From Hypanus sabinus (Eukaryota): a stretch of DNA of 64,000 nt. The stretch is taken from NCBI RefSeq assembly GCF_030144855.1, contig NC_082707.1, positions 118,544,001 to 118,608,000 on the forward strand, read 5' to 3'. Below the pieces are notes generated by a model. It saw nothing but the letters and a program-made list of their open reading frames with translations. It did no database searches and had not been told where the DNA came from. The position numbers and the translations under genes are program-made. This document shows, piece after piece, positions 48,381 to 60,128 of the stretch; position 1 is the stretch's first letter, and each line of letters starts with the position of its first letter.

Positions 48381-49154
48381 TCAGTGACAATCTCTCTGAC
48401 AACAGAAGTTCATCCCCAACCACTAACCACCACCTTGCTCCTGTACTCCTGACTTATGCAGTATCACATTGCAGTCTGTAAGAAATTTCTGTGTGTACTC
48501 TGTAAGAACTTCATGGCTTCTAAACCTTCAGGATGTCCTGTGAAATGCAATACAGCATATAAATTCAGGAGTTTCTTGATTGATCGTTCCCTATGGAAGC
48601 TGTCAGTCGTTTGGCAGAGATCTCAGGGACCAGAATATTTAAACAAGCATCAAGACTTTGTTTGGCTGGCGGTGAATGTGTTAAGTTGGAAACTGGCATG
48701 AATGCTGCCTCTTCCTGCCCTGAAACAAAAATAACCAGGGTGGAGCAACAGTTTGGTAATTACGAAGTGAGAGCTCTATCTGCCCTCATAACTACCCCCT
48801 GTGATCGAGGTTTGGACTGGAGGGGGGCTGCTGGACTTTATGTCTTTGCTGCCACTCAGTGTTCAAGTGCCATCAAAGTGTGGGGGCAGCTGCTCCCACT
48901 AACTCTCATCACATCCCACATATGAAGATTTCCCAAACACAGAACCTCTGAGCGTGAGAAATCTGTGAGCAAGGCTTTTCCTGCTGTTATATATACACTC
49001 TCATTCCCAGCAGTAATTAAATCCAGATGGATGGTAAACGCAGCATGGAAATCAATTAATGCACATGGCTTATTTATTAACTTTTCTGGAACAAAGGCGC
49101 AAAAGCTTTATTCCTTGGCATGTATTGGAGGAGAATGATAAAATGTCAAAATGC

Positions 49155-50335
49155 TATCCCTTTCTCTCAATTCCTCCGCCTCCGCCGCATCTGCTCTCAG
49201 GATGAGGCCTTTCATTCTAGGACAAAGGAGATGTCTTCCTTTTTTTAAAGAAAAGGGCTTCCCTTTGGCCACTATCAACTCTGCCCTCCATCACGTCTCC
49301 CGTATTTCACGCACCTCTGCCCTCACCCCATCCCCCTGCCAGCCCACCAGGGATAGAGTCCCCCTGGTCCTCACCTATCACCCTACCAGTCTACAGATCC
49401 AACGTATAATCCTCCATAACTTCCACCATCTCCAACGTGATCCCACCACCAGCCACATCTTCCTCTCCCCCCCCACTCTCGGCTTTCCGCAGGGATCGCT
49501 CCCTACGCGACTTCCTTGTCCATTCATCCCCCCCATCCCTCCCCACCGACCTCCCTCCGGGCACTCATCCCTGCAAACGGAAGAAGTGCCACACCTGCCC
49601 CCACATTTCTTCCCTCACCACCATCCCAGGCCCCAGACAGTCCTTTCAGGTGAGGCACCACTTCACCTGCGAGTCAGCTGGGGTGATATACTGTATCCGG
49701 TGCTCCCGATGTGGCCATTTATGCATTGGGGAGACCCGCCGCAAACTGGGAGACCATTTCGCCGAACACCAGCGCTCAGTCCTCCAGCAGTGGCGGGAGC
49801 TCCCTGTGGCCACACATTTCAATTCCACAGACCACTCCCACTCCGACATGTCTGTCCATGGCCTCCTCTACCGTCAAGATGAGGCCACACGTAGGTCGAT
49901 GGAGCAATACCTTATCTCCCGCCTAGGTAGCCTCCTACCTGCCGGCATGAACATCCAACTCACAGACCTCTGTTGATACCCCTGCCCCCCCTTACCCCCA
50001 TCCCCATCTATTATTTTAGTCTGGTTCTCTTTCTGTCTCTTTTTTCCCCCCTCACTATAATCTCCCCCAGCCCTACCTTTCTTTTATTTCCCATAATTCT
50101 CCACCTTCCCCCTAGCCCATTTCCCTCCAGCCTATCACTTCCCAGCTCTCTACTTTATCCCTCCCCCCACTTCTTATCCCCCCTCGACCTTCTCATGTTA
50201 CTTCACTCCTGATGAAGGGTTTCGGCCCGAAACATCGTCACTACCTCCTCCCATAGATGCTGTCTGGCCTGCTGAGTTCTGCCAGCATTTTGTGTTTTTA
50301 TTTATTTCCAGCATCTGCAGATTCACTCATATTGT
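49155..50335 (+). mobile_element. Penelope-like (Neptune-type) element, best-preserved copy: RT thumb, Zn linker, GIY-YIG and 3' tail
   Basis: AIPFSQFLRLRRICSQ..FFKEKGFP..DRVPLVLTYHPTS..; GTHPCKRKKCHTC; FTCESAGVIYCIRCSRCGHLCIGETRRKLGDHFAEH..PVATHFNS..GMN. Many CpGs retained. Confidence 0.95.
50204..50241 (+). ncRNA. Minimal hammerhead ribozyme motif (intact catalytic boxes) in the PLE 3' repeat
   Basis: CTGATGA (50209-50215), extra A, GGGT-TTCG-GCCC stem II, GAAA (50229-50232), then C-ATC-GTC. Stem I pairing is poor in this copy. Confidence 0.7.
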
Positions 50336-50589
50336 CTATTTTATAAGGAATGTTGGTTCAAACTAAAACCCATTTCAAATATTTGTTATTTAATCTTTGC
50401 TTTGTACAAAGGATAAATAACAATTGCTTAATCGGATTGGCCAGTCTGCTGGGTTATTAAGAGCTATTGTTGACATGGGCAAAACTGGCTAGGTTGATTT
50501 TTGGCTGTAGGTCTTGCAAAAGGGAATGTGGATCTTCAAAGCATGTGATATGGTGCCTTGTGGTCATCAGGCCTCAGCCAAGAAATTGA

Positions 50590-51090
50590 CAGTCTGCTTG
50601 ATGAGCCATCAAACAAAATTCACCATTTCCCACAGAGTTTCAAGGACGTTGACTTGGAGTTGATAAAGATGTTCTGAGCAAGCTTTGCTATAAGGCCTGT
50701 TACAATCCAATTGAATAGAGCATTCCTTGGCAAGATGGTCAGGCAGCTTCAAGGACAGCACATAATGACACTTAGCAAATTCCTTCCCAGGGTTAATACA
50801 CAGCTTGATACAACCCATACTGAGGTGGCTATTTGGATGAAGGCCTCATTAGGGCATTCTGATCTCCCCTGCTTTTTCTCTGGTATGATGTACATTGTGT
50901 CTCTGTAGATACTGGATCCATTCTTGATCTCCAGATGAAATAGAATGTGAATGGGGTGACTTATGTATGGTCTCCCCTTGCACCATGAACACCAACATTC
51001 AGAGAACCTTGCACCTCGATATGGTTCTTTTCCATAATTGAGATGAAGCACTCCAGATTCTGCTTCACCTTGGTTGGACACTTAATTCTT
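50590..51090 (-). pseudogene. Possible ancient Gypsy RT remnant
   Basis: IKLCINP..KCHY..LPDHLAKE..QLDC..PY resembles IRLCIDP..RxHYP..L.KAK.FS.LD; WVVSSCV precedes it in another frame. Confidence 0.35.
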
Positions 51091-51162
51091 GGTGCATGCT
51101 CTGCAAACTATTCTCCCATCTCTATCAGGTCATCTGATGGTGAAGTGGACAGAATTCACCAG

Positions 51163-51498
51163 AAACAAGAGAAAGTCTGCAGATGCTGTAGATCTGAGCG
51201 ACACACATAAAATGCTGGAGGAACTCAGCAGGCCAGGCAGCATCATGGGGAAAAAAAAGTACAGTTGATGTTTTTGGCTGAAACCCTTCGGCAGGGTTGG
51301 AGAATAAAAGCTGAGGAGCAGATTTGAAAGGTGGGAGGAGGGGAAAGAGAGACGCCAGGCGACAGCTGAAACTTGGAGGGGGAGAGATGAAGCAAAGAGC
51401 TAAGAAGTTGATTGGTGGAAGAAACAGAAGGCCATGGAGGGAAGTGTGAGTGGGGGGAGAGCAGCAACAGAGGGAGGCGATGGGTAGGCAAGGAGCTA

Positions 51499-51533
<35 letters not shown>

Positions 51534-51640
51534 AAATGGATGGGAGATGGAGGTGGAGGCTCTACTGGAAGTTTGAGAATTTGATGTTCATGCCATCAGG
51601 TTGAGGCTACCCAAAAGGAATATAAGATGTTACTCCTCCA
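51163..51640 (-). mobile_element. PLE 3' end (EN C-terminus, 3' repeat with (GA)n, HHR remnant at 51262-51299)
   Basis: Reverse complement EE.HLIF.LGSLN.DGMNIKFSNFQ, then the tail to ctcttgttt. Confidence 0.85.
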
Positions 51641-52109
51641 ATAATGGAATTCACCAGACCATCTTACAAAGACTCTACTTTATTTCTGCTGTGATTCTCT
51701 TTGGCTCAAGGTCAGTTGTACCTGAGTGCAGGAGAGGAGCCATCATGGATAAGAGTAGAAAACTGGGGAAGCTTAGACCCAAGTTCCTCTATTGCCTGAC
51801 ATCATCACTTTCCTTATGTTGGCATACTTTCTGATGGATTCAACAAGAAACTTACTTCAATATGAAAATAAGGCAGAGGAGGGATAGCAGTCTTGCCTGA
51901 CTGAATTTGATTGGAAAGCTTTCCATTTCTCACCTGTTTAGATTCCCATCCACATATTGATTGAATTATTAATGCCCCTGGGGGATGCTCCCCCTCATAC
52001 CCTTTTCGTAGAGCATAGTTGCTCTTCTCCTTTGGGATATCTCTATTGTTCACTGATATGAGAGGCATTACAATCCACTTAACTTTAATCCATCGTCAGC
52101 ACTTCCACT

Positions 52110-52335
52110 GAGAAAAGGAGACATGCATTTCTATTTGTGTTGTAGGATCCAAGAGTATTTCACAACCATTAAAACACTTTGGTATTGGAATCAATACTGT
52201 AATAACTGCAAACAGCAAAGTCTCACTATCCACAATGAACGGGTAATTTAGCTGAGGATAAATGTCATTAAGGGGATTGGTGAATTTCCCACTCTTCTTA
52301 AAATAAAGCACCCGGGTGCTTTATGTCCCAGCACA
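52110..52335 (-). mobile_element. DeuSINE/SacSINE1-like remnant
   Basis: Antisense: catgcatttctat..tttcacaacc..cagcaaagtctcac..tgaggataaatgt..ctcttcttaaaata. Confidence 0.45.
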
Positions 52336-53104
52336 TGGAGGCACCAGAAAGAATGCTTCTGAGTCAGCTGCTGTTGAGAAACTGTGTGCGAATATTGTTT
52401 GAGCAGGACTTCTCTTGAATGCCAAGGGGAAGGAGGTTCAGTCTGGAGAGGAAGTTCGATGGATAGCTCTCATGTATGTAATGTGTGCTCTGTACTCAGT
52501 CGTATAACACTCATTAGGTCATTCCACATGATGTTTTGGAATCTCAGCCCAGTCTTAAGTCTTGGCTGCTTACTCAAGTTATTATGTTTTACAACTTTCC
52601 TCTCCTCCAGTCAACACCTCAGACTGGTATCAGTATTGAAATGGTTTGGAAGATTTGTGCTAATCCTGCTACCTTCTGAAATCTAATCCTTCTAGTGTAT
52701 ACATGTAATAGGATATAAAGCATATTTGTTCATTACTTTTAAAAAGGTGAGGACGTGCTCACCAACGTCCTAACCAATATTTTCCTTGGCCAACAAATTA
52801 TCAAGTCACTGCTGATCTTGATCTTGCTGAATGCAGATATATAAAGCCAGTAGAATATTGTATGTAGGGAAGACCAAAGAATCATAACTAATAAATCCAC
52901 TAAGTAATTTCTGGGGCACTTCTTTATGCAAAGTTAAAATATGAAACTTGCTACTATAAGGAATTGAGGCTAATTGCTTTGATATATTTAAAGGGAAGCT
53001 GGAAAAATTAATGTAGGAGATAAGAATAGAAAAATACTGGTGTGAATTACTGGCACAGATCAGTTGGCCTGAATTATCAGGTTTCTGAATACTATATGTT
53101 TATT

Positions 53105-53250
53105 ACAGCACATATAAAATGCTGGAGGAACTCAGCAGGTCAAGCAGGTTCTATGGAAAAGAGTAAATAGTTAAATAGTCGACGTCTCAGGCCAAGACCC
53201 TTCATCAAGTCCTGGATTTCCAGTATCTGCAGATTTTCTCGTATTTATGA
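53105..53250. mobile_element. Short PLE-tail/HHR element with an internal inversion
   Basis: 53105-53212 is the tail on -, with HHR ttgatga-aggg-tcttgg-cct-gaga-c-gtc-gacta. 53212-53250 is the terminal part on +. Confidence 0.8.
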
Positions 53251-53879
53251 CTATATTTATATCTCTCCTTACTTAACTATCCACCTTTGCCTGTTATGTT
53301 GTTAACCTGTAACTTGTCCTCCCAATAATCCAAAGCAACTTCTTTTCAACATTTTCTTCCTCTCACGAGACAACAGTGCCAGTTAAAAATGTAGCCACCC
53401 CTCCCCAATTTAATATTTCACGTATAGCTTTGATGAAAAAGTGAGCAATACAAATCATGAAGTCCTGGTTCTGTTACTTATCAGTCTTCTTGAGAACAGT
53501 AAGCAATAGGGCTACTGGTTGCAATTACTTGGAGAATATCCCAGTGTATCAACTCAAGTTGAATTTTATCACATGTGATTCATATACTCTGACTTTTGCA
53601 TTGCTTACAAATGTGTTACCAATCAGCTGAAAATGGTAGTGTGGATTTAAGCAGCTCAAAGGTGAAGTAAAGCTCCAAGAAGATTCCATCTTATCTTTGA
53701 TGATGGCAGCATGTGTGAAGAAAAAACAAAGCTGAAACATGTTTGGAACTTCTGAGTGGAGGATGCACTTTAGCTACAAGGTCCTCACCCTGACAAAAAG
53801 TCATCCTTCAATTGAATCAATACATTTCACATAATAGCATGACATTACTGGGATCTCATTTAGAAAACTTCAAGATATT

Positions 53880-56210
53880 CTACAAGTAGATAAAGAACAG
53901 GAGAAAGACTAGAGTGAGCATAGTACTGATCAGGGATAAAAGAGGAAATATGTTTTTGGAATCGGAGGAGGTAGGAGAAGTCCTTGGGGAATACTTTGCT
54001 TCATTATTTACCAATGATAGGGACCTTGATAAATGTAAGGATAACATAGAACAGGCTGGAACATAGAATGCTGGAACACATTAGCCATATTCTCTCGATG
54101 TTGGATTTTTTGAAAAACATTAGGATGAATAGGTTCCTGGGACTGGATGGGATATAGAAACATAGAAAATAGGTGCAGGAGTAGGCCATTCGACCCTTCG
54201 AGCCTGCATCGCCATTCAGTATGATCATGGCTGATCATCCATCTTAGAACCCTGTACCTGCTTTCTCTCGGTACCCCCTGATCCCATTAGCCAGAAGGGC
54301 CATATCTAACTTCCTCTTAAATATAGCCAATGAACCAGCCTCAACTGTTTCCTGTGGCAGCGAGTTCCACAGATTCACCACTCTCTGTGTGAAGAAGTTT
54401 TTCCTCATCTCGGTCCTAAAAGGCTTCCCCTTTATCCTTAAACTGTGACCCCCTGGTTCTGGACTTCCCTAACTTCGGAAACAATCTTCCTACATCTAGC
54501 CTGTCAAATCCCTTTAGAATTTTATATGTTTCAATAAGCTCCCCCCTCAATCTTCTAAATTCCAGTGAGTATAAGCCTAGTTGATCCAGTCTTTCTTCAT
54601 ATGAAAGTCCTGCCATCCCAGGAATCAATCTGGTGAACCTTCTTCTTACTCCCTCTATGGCAAGAATGTCTTTCCTCAGATTAGGGGACCAAAACTGCAC
54701 ACAATACTCTAGGTGCGGTCTCACCAAGGCCTTCTACAACTGCAGCAGAACCTCCCTGCTCCTGTACTCAAATCCTTTTGCTATGAATGCCAAAGGTTAC
54801 TATAGGAAAAGAGGAAGGAGATTGCTGGACCTTTATGTCCTCAGTGGCTATAGGAATAGTACCAGAAGATTGGAGGGTGGTAAATGTTGTTACTTTTCTC
54901 AAGAAAGTTAATGGGGTAATCCTGGGAATTATAAATCAGAGAGTTTTACATCAATGGTGGGCAAACTATTGAGAGGGTTATGAGAAACAGGATTTATGAG
55001 CTTTTGGAAAGACATAATCTGTTTAGAGATAGTCAGCATAGTTACTGAGGGGTTGGTCATGCCTCACAAGCCTGACTGAATTCTTTGAGGAAGTGACAAA
55101 ACAGATTGATGAAAATAGAGCAGAGGATACGATGGATATAGATTTTAGTAAGGTGTTCAACAAGGTTCCCCATGGTAGGCTTATTCAGAAAGTCAGGAGA
55201 CATGGGATCCAGGGAAACCTGGCTGTGTGGATCCAGAATTGGCTTGTCCAAAGATGGCAGAGTGTGGTAGTAGAGGAATTATATTCTGCCTGGAGGTGAT
55301 GTTCCACATGGATTTGTTTTGAGACCCCTGCTGTTCGTGATCTTTATGAATGACTTGGAGGAGGAAATGGAAGAATGTGTTAATAAGTTTGCAGTTGACA
55401 TGAAAGTTGGTCGAATTATGGATACTGTTGAAGGTTTTCATAGGTTACAATGGGACATTGATAGGATGCAAAGGCGGGCTGAAAAGCGGCAGATGGAGTT
55501 CAACCCAAAGGAGTATGAAGTGATATGCTTTGCAAGGTTGAACTTGAAGGCTGACTATAGGGTTAATGACAGGATTCTTAGTAGAGAGGAGAAATAGAGG
55601 GATCTTGGGATCCACATCCACAGATCCTTCAAAGTTGCTGTGCAAGTTGATAGGATTATTAAAAAGGCATATGGAATGTTGGACTTCATTAGTTGAGGGA
55701 TTGATTTCAAAAGCCACAAGTTAATGTTACAGCACCATAAAACTGGCTAGACCACGCTTGGAGTGTTGTGTTTTGTTCTGGTTGCTTCATTATAGGAAGG
55801 ATGTGGAAGCTTTAGAGAGTGTGTAATGGAGATACTGTCTGGATTAGAGAGTATGTCTTATAAGGATAGGCTGAGAAAGCTAGAGCTGCTGTTGTGCCTT
55901 CTTTGTAATTGCATCAATGGATTATGCCCAGGATAGATCTTAAGAGAAGTTGACAACCCAGAGTTATGGTGATTGGAGGAAAGTATAGGGGCTATGTCAG
56001 AGGTAGGTTTTCTACTCATTGGTAAATGCACTGCCAGGGGTGGTGGTAGAGACAGACAGATCAGAGACATTTAAATAGACTCTTGTAAATGCATTTGGAT
56101 GAAAGAAAATGGAGGGTTATGTGGGAGGAAAGCATTAGATTGATTTCAGAGTTGGTTAAAAGGTCAGCACATCATCATATGCCAAAGGACCTGTATACTA
56201 TTCTATGTTC
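53880..56210 (+). pseudogene. CR1 LINE ORF2 remnant interrupted by a younger CR1
   Basis: PEDWRVVNVV, DFSKVFNKVPHGRLIQK, PLLFVIFMNDL..KFAVDMKVG..QMEFNP. Confidence 0.9.
54153..54790 (-). mobile_element. Young CR1 3' end (opposite orientation)
   Basis: ORF 54416-54727(-) LVRPHLEYCVQFWSPNLRKDILAIEGVRRRFTRLIPGMAGLSYEERL..; tail (tttctatg)n at 54153-54170. Confidence 0.93.
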
Positions 56211-56439
56211 AAAGATGAAAGAAGGCCAACTTAAGCTCTTCAGAATTTATGCAGAGAATATTAGGTTTGACTAATCTATTAGAGTCCATTGAGGATATGA
56301 CTAGCTGAATAGGTTAGAGGGAAGCAACTAATTTTGAGATATTTAGATTAACAGAAAGCTTTCGATTCAGTTCCAGGACACTGGAGCACATGGAATTGAG
56401 ATGACGCACAGGCATGAATTGAGGTTTGTTAACACTTAG

Positions 56440-56790
56440 GAAGCATGGAATGGGAATAAACTTTTTTTTGCTGTTGCTAGGCTGTGGGGATTGAGCTTTG
56501 GCGTATTTATTTATCATCTATGTCAATGATTTGGCAAAGGAGACCAAATGTTATAATTCCAAGTTGGCTGCTGATTCAAGACTAGGTAAGTGGATGTAAA
56601 GAAACTTCAAGAGCATATGGGCAAACTAAGTGAGGGGATGAGAACATAGCTTATGAAGTGTAATGTGAAAATAAAATGTGAAGTTTTCCATTTCAATGTT
56701 TAAAACAAGAGAGTAGAATATTGTTAAATTGTGAGAGAGTTGGGGATGTAGATGTTCAAAAGGACTACATGTGATTGTATGCCACTGAAC
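56440..56790 (+). pseudogene. Degenerate CR1 RT fragment
   Basis: atctatgtcaatgatttgg..tccaagttggctgctgattcaag (IYVNDL..SKLAADSR). Confidence 0.6.
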
Positions 56791-57019
56791 ACAAAAAAAT
56801 TAGGCTGGCATCTGAAATTCCTATATGATAATGGATTTCATCTATTTCCTGTAAGCTTGCTCCCACCCCCTCTTTTCCCTTGCAGTTTCTGCTAGCTCTA
56901 AGGACATCTCACAACTAAATGCATCTGCTCCTGTCAGCTTTCAGAATTTCAAAGGGACTGTCCCCAGCACAATTCCCAGCTCTGCTGATGGTACTTCCGT
57001 GGAATTGTATGTGCATTTA

Positions 57020-57200
57020 GTTCTGTGTTTCCTGTTGCTTGTGGAAATCCACTTCCACTCTGACCATCTGACTGTGGTCTTCTGAACTGTAACACTGTGG
57101 TACAACAGTATCTTGAGGAATAACACCTCAATAACACTTTGAGGATCATCCATCTTGACAACCTTATGGACTCTACTTCAAATTCCACCACTTCAAGAAA
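57020..57200 (+). pseudogene. Very degenerate PLE endonuclease C-terminal remnant
   Basis: cctgttgcttgt..cactctgac..ggtcttctgaactgt..cttgaggaataacacctc resembles PVA.HF..HSD..GLL.C..LEEQHL. Confidence 0.4.
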
Positions 57201-57377
57201 TGCGATTTTTCTGCCTATTTCAGAACTACCTATTTCAGGTCATTCATCTATGATATTGGCCTGCTTGTTCTTTCTATAAGTAAAGCCTGCTCTTCTGATA
57301 ATTTCCTATTATAGTGAAGATTCACCGGGTTCCATGGCAAGTTTGATATATGAGAATATATGATATATGGGATGAGT

Positions 57378-57508
57378 GAGGTAGCACAGTGGTAGAGTCA
57401 CTGCTTCACAGCTCCAGGGTCTCAGGTTCAATACTAACCTTGGGTGCTGTTTGTGTGGAGTTCACATGCCCTCGCTGTCACCGTATCAGTTTCCTTCAGG
57501 TGTTCTGT
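57378..57508 (+). mobile_element. V-SINE (HE1-like) 5' part, truncated by a CR1
   Basis: A-box gtagcacagtgg, B-box caggttcaatac, V-domain tgtgtggagtt. Confidence 0.75.
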
Positions 57509-57509
57509 T

Positions 57510-59627
57510 GAAGCATAAGTTGGAAACAGATGTTCTCAGGGAAACGTACGGAAGAAATGTGGCAAATGTTCAGGGGATATTTGTGTGGGGTTCTGCATAA
57601 GTATGTTCCAGTGAGACAGGGAAAGGATGGTAGCGTACAGGAACCGTGGTGTACCAAGGCTGTTGTGAATCTTGTCAAGAAGAAAAGAAGAGCTTACGAA
57701 AGGTTCAAAAAAACTAGGTAATGATAGAGATCTAGAAAATTATAAGGCTAGCAGGAAGGAGCGTAAGAATGAAATTAGGAGATCCAGAAGGGGCCATGAG
57801 AAGGCCTTGGTGGACAGGATTAAAGAAAACCCCAAGGCATTCTACAAGTATATGAAGAGCAAGAGGATAAGACGTGAGAGAATTGGACCAATTAAGTGTG
57901 ACAGTGGAAAAATGTGTATGGAACTGGAAAAGATAGCAGAGGTATTTAATGAATACTTTGCTTCAGTATTCACTATGGAAAAGGATCTTGGCAATTGTAG
58001 GGATGACTTGCAGTGGACTGAAAAGCTTGAGCATGTAGGTATGAAGGAAGTGGATGTGCTGGAGCTTCTGGAAAGCATCAAGTTGGATAAGTCACTGGAA
58101 CCGAATGGGATATACCCCAGGCTACTGTGGGAAGTGAGGGAGGAGATTGCTGAGTTTCTGGCGATGATCTTTGCATCATCAATGAGGATGGGAAAGGATT
58201 CAGAGGATTGGAGGGTTGTGGGTGTTGTTCCCTTATTCAAGAAAGGGAGTAGAGATAGCCCAGGAAATTATAGGCCAGTGAGTCTTACTTCAGTGGTTGG
58301 TAGGTTGATGGAGAAGATCCTGAGAGGCAGATTTATGAACATTTGGAGAGGTATAATATGATTAGGAATAGTCAGCATGGCTTTGTCAAAGGCAGGTCGT
58401 GCCTGTCAAGCCTAATTGAACTTTTTTGAGGATGTGACTAAACACATTGATGAAGGTAGAGCTGTAGATATAATGTATATGGATTCAGCAAGGCATTTGA
58501 TAAGGTACTCCATGCAAGGCTTATTGAGGAAGTCAGGAGGGATGGGATCCAAGGGGACCTTGCTTTGTGAATCCAGAACTGACTTGCCCACAGAAGGTAA
58601 AGAGTGGTTGTAGACGGGTTCATATTCTGCATGGAGGTCAATGACCAGTGGTGTGCCTCAGGGATCTGTTCTGGGGCCCCTTCTCTTCATTATTTTTATG
58701 AATGACCTGGATGAGGAAGTGGAGGGATGGGTTAGTAAATTTACTGATGACACAAAGGTTGGGGGTGTTGTGGATAGTGTGGAGGGCTGTCAGAGGTTAC
58801 AATGGGACATTGATAGGATGCAAGACTGGGCTGAGAAGTGGCAGATGGAGTTCAATCCAGATAAGTGTGAGGTGGTTCATTTTGGTAGGTCAAATATGAT
58901 GGCAGGATATAGCACTAATGGTAAGATTCTTCGCAGTGTGGATGATCAGTGGGATCTTGGGGTCCAAGTCCATAGGACACTCAAAGCTGCTACGCATGTC
59001 GACTCTGTGATTAAGAGGCATATGCTCCATTGGCCTTCATTATCCGTGGGATTGAGTTTAAGAGCTGAGAGGTAAAGTTGCAGTTATGTGGGACCCTGGT
59101 CAGACCCCACTTGGAGTACTGTGCTCAATTCTGGTCGCCTCACTACAAGAAGGACGTGGAAACCATAGAAAAGATGCAGTGGAGATTTACAAGGATGTTG
59201 CCTGGATTGGGGAGCATGCCTTATGAGAATAGATCGAGTGAACTTGGCCTTTTCTCCTTGGAGTGATGGAGGATGAGAGGTGACCTGATAGAGGTGTACA
59301 AGATAATGAGAGGCATTGATCATGTGGATAGTCAGATGCTTTTTCCCAGGGCTGAAATGGCAACCAGCAGAGGGCATAGTTTTAAGGTGCTTGGAAGAAG
59401 GTACAGAGGAGATGTCAGGGGTAAGCTTTTTACGCAGAGAGTGGTGGGTGCGTGGCCGGCAGCGGTGGTGGAAAGGGTCTTTTAAGAGACTCCTGGATAA
59501 GCACATGGAGCTTAGAAAAATAGAGGGCTAAGGGTAAGCCTAGGTAGTCCTAAGGTAAGGATATGTTCAGCACAGCTTTGTGGGCTGAAGGGCCTGTATT
59601 GTGCTGTAGGTTTTCTATGTTTCTATG
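57510..59627 (+). pseudogene. CR1 LINE ORF2 (about 2.1 kb)
   Basis: ORF 57672-58361 IKENPKAFYKY..EDWRV..PLFKKGSRDSPGNYRPVSLTSVVG; 58641-59075 TSGVPQGSVLGPLLF..KFTDDTKVGG; tail ttctatgtttctatg. Confidence 0.95.
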
Positions 59628-60000
59628 AAAAGCAATGCAGTATAGTAGGCCTATTTAGAAGACTGAGAGGTGATCTCCATGAAGTCATCAAGATACAAGA
59701 AAGGTGATTTTCCCTGGTTGGTGAGTATAGAACTGGGTTGAATAGGAGTAGACCAGTTATAAATGAGATAGAGAAATTTCTTCTCTATATAGGTGGTGAA
59801 TCTTGGGAGTTCACTACCCTTGAGGACTGTAGAGGCTCAGTCATTGATTGTATTCAGAGGTTGTTTTCTGGATATTAAGGGAATCAAGGGAGATGGGAAT
59901 AATGCTGGAAGGCAGAGTTGTAATAGATCAGCCAGGATCTTCTGCTGTTAATTCTTGTGTTCTTAGGTTGTTATTCCCATTGATGGTTGTACAATTTTCA

Positions 60001-60128
60001 ATCACAAACAAGAAAAAATCTGCAGATGCTGTAAATTCAAGCAACACACAGAAAATGCTGGAGGAACTCAGCTGCAGTTATGGGAAAGAGTACCATTGAC
60101 AGTTCGGGCTGAGACCCTTCAATAGGAC
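60001..60128 (-). mobile_element. Short PLE-tail/HHR element
   Basis: Reverse complement gtc-ctattga-aggg-tctcag-ccc-gaac-tgtc..ctgagttcctccagcatttt..cagattttttcttgtttgtga. Confidence 0.8.

Noticed and set aside
52406-52478. ag|...|gtatgt candidate exon (LLLNAKGKEVQSGEEVRWIAL or TSLECQGEGG..)
   Set aside because: Weak polypyrimidine tract and unrecognised peptide; unsupported without RNA data.
57378-57450. tRNA gene
   Set aside because: The A and B boxes belong to a tRNA-derived SINE head followed by the V-domain; no cloverleaf.
2733-60128. Dispersed repeated palindromic motif as a CRISPR-like array
   Set aside because: Copies are scattered in both orientations and attached to PLE tails; there is no repeat-spacer periodicity and the context is eukaryotic.
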